DNA from: an uncultured Lewinella sp.
GTDB taxonomy: Bacteria; Bacteroidota; Bacteroidia; Chitinophagales; Saprospiraceae
NCBI GenBank assembly: GCA_937873655.1
Contig: CALMYQ010000096.1
Coordinates: 26,439-90,438, forward strand
Length of the DNA: 64,000 nt
Reading direction: 5' to 3'
The notes beneath the pieces were generated by a model. The model made no database searches and was not told the DNA's origin. It was given only the letters and a program-made list of their open reading frames with translations. Shown here piece after piece: positions 56,901-61,577 of this stretch (within the stretch, counting starts at the first letter, position 1; each line of letters starts with the position of its first letter). The position numbers and the translations under genes are program-made.

Positions 56901-56967
56901 CGTATTCCATTACACCCTGAAAACAGCGGATTTTTCCGCTACCAGGAGTATGGTTATTATGAAGTAA
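47917..56967 (+). CDS. Giant T9SS-secreted multidomain surface protein (3016 aa)
   Basis: Signal peptide, then two dockerin-like Ca-loop segments (GDVNNNGIVNGIDF; GDCDGSGTINKDDL). A cohesin-like domain follows, then 4 Kazal-type modules, 2 PPC-like domains, 20 SprB-type ~81-aa repeats, and a PKD domain (WSFGDGSTATSANPSYTYWDAGTY). Next come a second cohesin-like domain, a CarboxypepD_reg-like segment, a third dockerin-like loop (GDANCSGSFTTIDL), a third cohesin-like domain, and a type-A CTD. Confidence 0.9.
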   Translation: MNRNITLCLLFLYALSFSQKLNGQTIWPGDVNNNGIVNGIDFVYWGYAFERTGPARPTTNAQWAAQTMPAPWTDNFPGNTNYAYGDCDGSGTINKDDLNNAIRQNFWKSHGNPSTDNWQVGTPSNPPLTITPVNATVAPGARIDLQVDLGTAAKKITRFLGLAFKISYSGQFVKSDALAFTPASNAWYDPSGAVSTSFAWGSADAGKGEVAVVRVNHQNVAGYGTLGTLSFFLKDNPGVNLPAVFHVTIEGAYLIDASMNILPLSLGEADVIISGNSPTPNCPETVDPVCGSNGVTYLNSCYAEAAGVYDYTPGVCNPGCVDPAQIDPNAICTAVYQPVCGCNGVTYANACVADANGVVSYTPGPCSANNDCYDPNLVTTSAGTTINYADGSLNFNCPTAYQPVCGCNGVTYANACVAEANGITFYTPGACNSSCVDPWSMDPTPNCTYEYNPVCGCNGVTYTNACMAEAAGVQSWSTGPCGSSSPWCAEAVSIQCGDFLAYETNAGAGNQISSYPGCSSYSFLGPDKVYVFNKTTPGDLQIGLEILTPNLDLDLFLLQGTCSQLTCLKASTTNNSQTENEGIVLEDAPIGTYYIVVDGQFANSVGNYRLELSCGYLVCSNAIELECNQPFNYNNINGDDNVSLYGCGNVYNVENNGPEVVHTFTVTTPGQVSVNLTGLSANLELFLLNSCDRGDCLKYSQNPGNANESVSAYLQPGTYYVVVDGFNGATSNYILTVNCNSSCNLALTSVTSTPSGCGANNGTITVTSSGGTPGYLVKYWGPVSGSFTTYANSCTIYNLPPGTYTVKKTDANGCSDTETVTIYSTGNLTFSATPTPATCGMSGKISVYVSNGSPTYHVYVTGPVNKNFTSSSNSFNINTLPAGTYTVTIVDANGCSASKQVTITSQGSNFTFTATPNPAGCGQYGSVHIETHYGVGPYVVLVSGPVSGSANTSNNSFNIINLPAGTYQITLEDSNWCSYSKTVTIGQSALEITTSVNNGICGQNGGINVHIANGVPQYNISWSGPVNGSTTTSNSNYLIPNLPSGTYQIQVEDGNWCSNYLSVTVYNSGGGLETDVVPIDASCGQPGSLWIDIYNGSAPYHIQWSGPSSGYTNTNNNGLDIPNLPAGWYTVVITDANGCSSSSNIQIHSGGSLGISVSGTNGMCNSAGSIWVSINGGHPNYTVSWTGPASGSTTVGGTGYDITGLPSGTYTVTVTDSQGCSAYKVVVLTNSSGTLTIQPTIYPATCEAPGRIWLDVSGGAGGPYHITWTGPVSGNAYTNNSGGYNIEGTPGGSYVITATDENGCTATKYVNVPNYESTVVVSLTAHDQYCAQNGIIFVSFSGGTGPFTVAWSGPSSGNFSTDSHSTMIQNLVAGTYQVVVTDSHGCYGMNTIHLNENGGLDIDLTAENGNCGENGAVWVDINGGEPYYTINWNGAASGSITLSGTGFNITNVPAGNLTVTVTDANGCSDVETVYVGSSDLQAWIEAQNGDCEELGYIYVGIMGGSPAYTITWTGPESGTHTGNSTVYTIENLWEGAYHVVATDANGCSIETDIDVYNDDNMDVELTAEPGNCGENNAIWVEISGGSPDYTIAWNGPAGGSATTSGSGYNITNLPSGNYTVTVTNENGCSDISTVYVENDGNLEAWIEAQNGSCEELGYIYVGIDGGSAPYTVTWTGPESGTHTGNSPIYTIEELWEGNYHVVVTDGNGCTVEAYVDVYNADQIDVQLTPEGGECGGYGAIWVEIDGGSPDYTISWSGPDDGSVTTSGTGYNITNLPAGQYSVTVTNESGCSDAASVTLQSTGNLEAWIEGQNGDCEELGYIYVGIDGGSAPYTITWTGPESGTHTGNSAVYTIEELWEGDYHVVVTDGNGCTTEGDVSVHNQGSLNFELTGVDGVCGGYGSIVVDITSGGPNYTIEWWGPEEGSTVTGNDSYTIWELTPGTYTVKVTNSMGCMETETVTIGNSGSLEAVIETQNGNCTQQGYIYVEALGGSPAYTVTWTGPESGTHTGNNPVYVIEDLNAGTYHVVVTDASGCTDESTVTIYNSANNLDIAALVTNGNCSENGHIVVQISGGSPAYTVTWTGPVSGSTTVNATSYTLQNLPSGFYYIEVTDSNGCTDDANAEINNGAGDFYAELTVQNGPCGGLGSIWIDFFNGTPGGGYTITWTGPSSGSVGISNDFYDIPNLTTGEYTVTITEGGGCVYTETVWITTIVDNLTATAGPYGGSCDNPGAIEFSIDGGTTPYTITWQSTNSQGSIQTNNPNYLLQPLPTGIYNITVSDANQCSDNISLQLFNTPNTLSLVTSPINPGCGTYGAIGISISGAPGPYQIEWTGPDSNTGATNETNYTINNLEAGTYNITVTAGNGCTRSTSITLVPTSQPPIAHFSTTMNGLSVQTNNTSSPGTYFWSFGDGSTATSANPSYTYWDAGTYQICLTVNNGCSTTQYCQYVVVSAPESSVILNVDEKTASSGSTVNVPVMIDHCSSIVSLSGSIAVENGAVAAVTGIMPGAIHPQYNPANKTFNFYDNGGEGLPVTSNEILFYITVQVTGSPGQSTHLRLTSSPLIIEVGSMQNGSAVVLPYVSIQGSVTVGQYAQIAGAVQTYWNEGIEDAEVVIAGENYNTTEMTDENGAYHMPDLEMGHEYQVSVDKDSDPANGLSTYALFIGQRFILGMEPAQITSPYQVIAGDANCSGSFTTIDLFLIQQLIIGTTDHFAQCPSWVFVSSGNNQMPAAFDAYNVFPYNDHYEYMVDHDMQSDFVGVKVGDILGHANPHNFIDPDDNGEPRNTEALSLQAVDRHVAAGETIEIPVTAANFNEIVSYQFGVEFDPAKLTFSGFAASGNDALSNVVAGLNAVNEGGVKLSWFSLNGQGVAVNPDEVLFTLRFQATEDLESLGNAVRIGSHFIGVEAYDASGDLKNVTLNWNSALTGTAAEAPFGYRLYQNTPNPFAERSVIRFDLPKGMYAELIIRDNLGRVVRNITGNFAAGQNAIEITTDEIGGGVFHYTLKTADFSATRSMVIMK
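48757..49359 (+). other. Four tandem Kazal-type (serine protease inhibitor-like) modules within the giant protein (aa 281-481)
   Basis: CPETVDPVCGSNGVTYLNSCYAEAAGVYDYTPGVC; CTAVYQPVCGCNGVTYANACVADANGVVSYTPGPC; CPTAYQPVCGCNGVTYANACVAEANGITFYTPGAC; CTYEYNPVCGCNGVTYTNACMAEAAGVQSWSTGPC. The PVCG.NG.TY.N.C core is the Kazal signature. Confidence 0.75.
50149..55047 (+). repeat. Array of 20 SprB-type repeats (~81 aa each) within the giant protein (aa 745-2377)
   Basis: Each unit fits ..C(G)..G.I.V...GG.P.Y...W.GP.SG......Y.I.NLP.G.Y.V.V.D.NGC.......V. I counted 20 units by eye. Confidence 0.85.
56713..56964 (+). other. T9SS type-A C-terminal sorting domain (Por secretion tail) of the giant protein
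   Basis: YRLYQNTPNPFAERSVIRFDLPKGMYAELIIRDNLGRVVRNITG...GGGVFHYTLKTADFSATRSMVIMK matches the canonical L.QN.PNPF ... GvY.Y.l ... K.v pattern. Confidence 0.85.
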
Positions 56968-56995
56968 ATCGTTATTTACGGTAAAGGCAAATCGA

Positions 56996-57020
56996 GAGTC
57001 ATCCGGAGTCCGGATGACTC
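56996..57020 (+). terminator. Perfect 11-bp hairpin after the giant gene
   Basis: GAGTCATCCGG-AGT-CCGGATGACTC, 29 nt after the stop. The downstream sequence ATTGCCTTCCGGTTTTC is only weakly T-rich. Confidence 0.45.
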
Positions 57021-57148
57021 ATTGCCTTCCGGTTTTCAGCATACTATGACAACACTTGCCAGGGGGATCTACATCTTCCTGGCCTGATTTTTTTCCCAAA
57101 AACCGTCCTGTTCCGGTATGGAACGGGCTTTTAACATTTTGCGATACT

Positions 57149-59047
57149 ATGAGAAAAAAGTGGTTGACTGTTTGGATCGCTTTTTTTACGGTGACATTCG
57201 GCCCAAACGCACAGACCCTTCAATTATCCCTGCCTGACCAGTCGGCGCCTGCAGGCCAGGTTGTCGACGTACCGATCTCCGTCACAGATTTCAATGAGAT
57301 CGTCAGCATGCAATTCTCCATTCAATGGGATACCGCCGTCATCCGGTACCAGTCGTTTGCGGAAGCCGACCTGGACAATGTTGCCATCGGCGACCTGCAG
57401 GCTCCGGGCGGCGTCCTGCGGCTTTCCTGGTTCGATCTGGACGGGGTGGGCAAAACCCTGCCCGACGGCAGCGCAGCCGTTATCCTGAAATACCTCGTGA
57501 CCGGCGAAATCGGCGCAACCACCCCCGTGACCATAACCGATTCGCCCCTGCCGGTGCAGATTTACCGGGCGGGCGCAGAGCCCGGATTATACGACCCGGT
57601 GGACCTGGAACAGGACCCGGGCTCCGTAACCGTCACGGGTCAGGTCACCGTCGGCATTGTCGTCGGCGATATCAGCTGCTTCGGGGCCGGCGACGGATTT
57701 GTCGACCTGACGGTTCAGGCACAGAGCGCATATACGCTGTCGTGGACAGGGCCGGACTTTAGCGCCGACACGCCGGACATTTCGGGGTTGTCGCCCGGGA
57801 CCTACCACCTGAACATTGCAGACGAAAACGGCGGCCCGCTCTATCAGCAGGATATAACCATACAGGAGCCCGCCCAGCTTTCCGCCCAAGCCGCAGTGAC
57901 CGGCCCCGATTGCTCAAGCCCGGGATCGGCATCCATCTCGGTGACCGGCGGGACAAGCCCTTATCAATTTGACCTGACCGGAACGCCGCAGCAAAGCGGC
58001 GCATTCACCGGGTTGCAACCGGGCGATTATGCGGTCACGGTGACCGATGCCCGCGAATGCACCGCATCGGTAAGCTTTACCGTTGGTGAAGGCGACTTGC
58101 CAGATGTGGATCTGGGCGGAACGCGCGCCTTGTGCCAGGGCATGCCGGTAGTCCTTTCTCCGGGTGCTTTTGCAGTTTATGCCTGGTCGACCGGGGCGGA
58201 TACGCCCGAAATTACCGTCAGCCAACCGGGCGCGTACAGCGTTACCGTCACCGACGAGGCGGGATGCCAGGCTTCGGACACGGTTACGGTTACCCAGGGC
58301 GAGCAGGTCGAACTGACGATCGAAAGCCAGTTTCACCTGATTTGCCCGGGCGATTCGATCCAGGTTGAGGTGGCCGGCGCCGACCAATACCGGTGGCTGG
58401 ATCCGGAGAGTACCCTGTCTGCAACGGACATTCCCGATCCGGTCGCTTTCCCGCAGGAAACCACCACCTATACCGTGATCGGCATGGGGCAGTGCAGCAG
58501 CGATACGATTGCCGTCAAGGTGAACGTATTCGAGAAAATGCCCGCCGGCGCCGCTCCGGATACGTGCGTGGCATACAATACGCCTGCAGAGTTGAGGGCA
58601 TTCGGCGGCGCGTTCTATGAATGGCAGCCCGCGCCGTTTCCCATCAGCGACCCGACCTCGCCCGTTGCGACCGTAGAGCCGTCCGACAGCGCCACCTATG
58701 TTGTCAGGATCACCGACGAAAACGGCTGCATCACCGTTGATTCCATGGTGGTATTGGTAGCCAACGACCCGCTTTCTTCCATCGTGGCCGTCAACATGAT
58801 CACCCCTAACGGCGACGGCAGGAACGACGTACTGGAGTTCCACGGCGCCCAGAAATTCGGGCCCAATTCCCTGAAGATCTACAACCGGTGGGGCAACCTG
58901 GTGTACCAAAAGGTGAACTACCAAAACGACGATGACCGGTTTGACGGCACGTTCAAAGGGCAACCCCTTCCCGCGGGCAATTATTACTATGTGTTGTCCT
59001 TCCGAACCGGCGAGATCAAGCAAAAACTGACCATTGTCCGGGAATAA
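57149..59047 (+). CDS. T9SS type-B CTD (gliding motility-associated C-terminal domain) protein with an N-terminal cohesin-like domain and SprB-type repeats
   Basis: Signal peptide MRKKWLTVWIAFFTVTFGPNAQ at the ATG at 57149. Cohesin-like module (VDVPISVTDFNEIVSMQFSIQWD...). SprB-type units (CFGAGDGFVDLTV...; CSSPGSASISVTGGTSPYQF...). C-terminus ITPNGDGRNDVLEF...IYNRWGNLVY...GNYYYVL is the type-B sorting domain. Confidence 0.85.
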   Translation: MRKKWLTVWIAFFTVTFGPNAQTLQLSLPDQSAPAGQVVDVPISVTDFNEIVSMQFSIQWDTAVIRYQSFAEADLDNVAIGDLQAPGGVLRLSWFDLDGVGKTLPDGSAAVILKYLVTGEIGATTPVTITDSPLPVQIYRAGAEPGLYDPVDLEQDPGSVTVTGQVTVGIVVGDISCFGAGDGFVDLTVQAQSAYTLSWTGPDFSADTPDISGLSPGTYHLNIADENGGPLYQQDITIQEPAQLSAQAAVTGPDCSSPGSASISVTGGTSPYQFDLTGTPQQSGAFTGLQPGDYAVTVTDARECTASVSFTVGEGDLPDVDLGGTRALCQGMPVVLSPGAFAVYAWSTGADTPEITVSQPGAYSVTVTDEAGCQASDTVTVTQGEQVELTIESQFHLICPGDSIQVEVAGADQYRWLDPESTLSATDIPDPVAFPQETTTYTVIGMGQCSSDTIAVKVNVFEKMPAGAAPDTCVAYNTPAELRAFGGAFYEWQPAPFPISDPTSPVATVEPSDSATYVVRITDENGCITVDSMVVLVANDPLSSIVAVNMITPNGDGRNDVLEFHGAQKFGPNSLKIYNRWGNLVYQKVNYQNDDDRFDGTFKGQPLPAGNYYYVLSFRTGEIKQKLTIVRE

Positions 59048-59063
59048 CCGGCGCCCAAATCCG

Positions 59064-59999
59064 ATGACCATGAAAAAACTATACTGGATTTTTTTATTGT
59101 TCCCGCTGCTGTCCAACGCGCAGCAACTGCCGGAACGAAGCTCCTTCTACAGCAATTCCTTCATCTGGAATCCGGCGATGACCGGCCTGTGGGATTACTG
59201 GGAACTCGGCCTCACCTATCGCCAGGAATGGCTGGGCTTCGAAGATGCTCCGGTTACCGCCACGCTCAACGTACAGTACCCGTTCCCCAAGGAGCATATG
59301 AGCCTGGGGGGATTTTTCATGCACGACAACATCAACCCCATCGTGATGAACTCTTTCGGGTTCGCCTATGCCTACCGGGTTGATCTCGGCCGGCGCCGCA
59401 CCGACCTGTTGACCATCGGCCTGATGGGTACGCTCAACCATTTCTTCGTCGACGGCAAGGAGATCGTTGTGAACGACCAGGACGACCCGCTGGTCCCGAC
59501 AGGGGAGAACAATAAATTCGGCCCCAATGCGGGGGCCGGCATATTTTATACTTCGTATGGAAAAAGCGAGTTTGAAAAGGACCGTTTTTTTGCAGGCCTG
59601 GCCGTCACGCAATTATTGCCCGGCAATATCCGGCTCGACGAATTCGGCAGCGACGCCAGTTTGAAAAGGAACATTCACGGCAATGCCATCGTCGGTGCAA
59701 GGTTCGTCAACGAGAATACGTTTATCGAACCTTCCCTCTGGATCAATTACAGCGCCGTCAATCTGCTGGACATGAACCTGGGTGTCCGCTTCGAGCGGGA
59801 AGACGCGTTCTGGGCCGGGCTCACCTATTCGACGACCCAGACCATTTTTCTCCAAACCGGGCTGGCGATGAAAAACGGATTGGCCAAGGACGGCGTTCTG
59901 CGCATCGGCGCATTGGGGTCCTTCAACGTCGGAACATTTGGCAAAGCGAGGGGTCTGGGATTCGAATTCTACGGCGCGTACAGGTTCGGCGACCTATAG
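59064..59999 (+). CDS. PorP/SprF family T9SS outer-membrane protein
   Basis: Signal MTMKKLYWIFLLFPLLSNAQQ, then FYSNSFIWNPAMTG and YRQEWLGFEDAP, the conserved PorP/SprF N-terminal motifs. It sits directly downstream of a type-B CTD gene. The start could be 59064 or 59070. Confidence 0.85.
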   Translation: MTMKKLYWIFLLFPLLSNAQQLPERSSFYSNSFIWNPAMTGLWDYWELGLTYRQEWLGFEDAPVTATLNVQYPFPKEHMSLGGFFMHDNINPIVMNSFGFAYAYRVDLGRRRTDLLTIGLMGTLNHFFVDGKEIVVNDQDDPLVPTGENNKFGPNAGAGIFYTSYGKSEFEKDRFFAGLAVTQLLPGNIRLDEFGSDASLKRNIHGNAIVGARFVNENTFIEPSLWINYSAVNLLDMNLGVRFEREDAFWAGLTYSTTQTIFLQTGLAMKNGLAKDGVLRIGALGSFNVGTFGKARGLGFEFYGAYRFGDL

Positions 60000-61363
60000 G
60001 ACAGAGCCTTCGATTGAGCTTTCTTGTTGATGGTGAAATAAAAGGTCGATCCTTTTTTGAGGTCGGAATCGATCCAGATCTCACCCTCGTATTGGCTGAC
60101 AATTTTTTTGCAGGCTGCAAGGCCGATTCCAAGCCCTTCATATTCAATCCGGTTATGAAGCCGTTTGAACAAATCGAATATGGATTGCTGGTCCTCTTTC
60201 CGGATACCGATACCGTTATCGCTAACCCTGAAAAGCCAGTATTTTTTGCAATCCCGGCCTGAAATGGTGATGGAGGGCCGGTCGTTGACATTGTACTTGA
60301 TCCCGTTGGAGATCAGATTTTGAAAAATAATGCCGAGGTGATCGGGATCGCAATCTACGACATCGGGCATGGTTTCCAGGGTTATGTCGGCGTTTTTCTC
60401 CCGGATCAGGGTTTGGATATCCTTCAGTTTTTCGCGGATGACCAATTCGGGAAGCGCATTCCCGGTTTTGGTCCCGTCCTGGTCCAATTTGGCGAATTCA
60501 AGCAATTTCTGGATCAGATTTGACATGCGATACGTGCCCTCCATGGCAAACCGGATGTATTCCTTTCCTTCATTATCCAGGACCCTGTTGTAGCGCCGGT
60601 CGATCAAACGGACATAATTCCCGATCATCCTCAGGGGTTCCTGCAAATCGTGTGATGCCAGGTAGGCAAATTGTTCAAGGTCTCTGTTGGACCTGCGGAG
60701 CGTTTCCACAGATTTTTCCAGCAACAGGGTTTTCTCCTTCATCCGCTTTTCAAGCGACTCCTTCTGCCGCCGAAGGTCCCGGATCAGGGTCGTGATGGTC
60801 GAATTGCTGGACCTCAGTTCCCGGTCATACACCAGCATAAACCCCAGAAACAGGCCCATGCCCAGGAATCCTTTATAAAAATACAGGAAAACGGCATGCG
60901 GAATCGGAGCCGGGTTGAAATAGGGCGAAAGCAAAATGATCAGGGCGGATATCATGAACAAACCGCTGTAATACCAGACGACTTTCCTGCCTTTGAAGAT
61001 ATACAGGGAGATGATGAAAAAAGAAAGAACAATAAAGGCGCTGGTCTGTACGGCATGCCCCCAAAGGGTGTAAACACTGAACAAGGCGGCCGGACTGCTC
61101 AGGCCGATATGCCAGGCCGGTTCATTGTAGCCCAACCGGTTGATCCAGAAAATGAGGACCAGCACGCCGGCGCACGTCAGGTTCATAACAACAGAAGGTA
61201 CAGAGCCTGCCGCGACGTACACAAAATGACCGGCGGCGCACGTGCCGAGCATGGAGATGACCAGCACATTCAAAAGCCGGACGTTAAATCCGTCCACAGC
61301 CTTTTTTTGTTGGCCTAACCCCGAGGTTAATACCTTCTCCAACAATTCTTGTGTCTTGTCCAT
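59969..61363 (-). CDS. Membrane sensor histidine kinase (about 6 TM, HisKA, HATPase_c)
   Basis: H-box FAYLASHDLQEPLRMI, N-box NLISNGIKY, G-boxes DNGIGI and GLGIGLAACKK. It overlaps the 3' end of the PorP/SprF gene by 31 nt (convergent). Confidence 0.85.
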   Translation of the reverse strand: MDKTQELLEKVLTSGLGQQKKAVDGFNVRLLNVLVISMLGTCAAGHFVYVAAGSVPSVVMNLTCAGVLVLIFWINRLGYNEPAWHIGLSSPAALFSVYTLWGHAVQTSAFIVLSFFIISLYIFKGRKVVWYYSGLFMISALIILLSPYFNPAPIPHAVFLYFYKGFLGMGLFLGFMLVYDRELRSSNSTITTLIRDLRRQKESLEKRMKEKTLLLEKSVETLRRSNRDLEQFAYLASHDLQEPLRMIGNYVRLIDRRYNRVLDNEGKEYIRFAMEGTYRMSNLIQKLLEFAKLDQDGTKTGNALPELVIREKLKDIQTLIREKNADITLETMPDVVDCDPDHLGIIFQNLISNGIKYNVNDRPSITISGRDCKKYWLFRVSDNGIGIRKEDQQSIFDLFKRLHNRIEYEGLGIGLAACKKIVSQYEGEIWIDSDLKKGSTFYFTINKKAQSKALSYRSPNLYAP

Positions 61364-61577
61364 AGCAAAGGGGGCCTGGAATCTGAATGTGTTCTATCTC
61401 AGATACGGAATTACGGCCAAAAGGTTATGGTATCTTGTTCAAATATTTGATTTTTTTAAATTCATAAACAGGAAGCGCCCCCGGGCTTGCTGCGGCCGCC
61501 AACGGCACGCAGGTTTCATTGCAACCAAGTGCGCATTACTTCTTAACTTTGTCTGAATGAGCCGGAGCATTTAAATC

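Noticed and set aside
59969-59999. The 31-nt convergent overlap between the PorP/SprF and histidine kinase genes, considered as a possible frameshift or mis-call.
   Set aside because: Both proteins have complete, family-typical C-termini before the overlap. The kinase merely has a short unconserved tail (…SKALSYRSPNLYAP). Short convergent overlaps are unremarkable.
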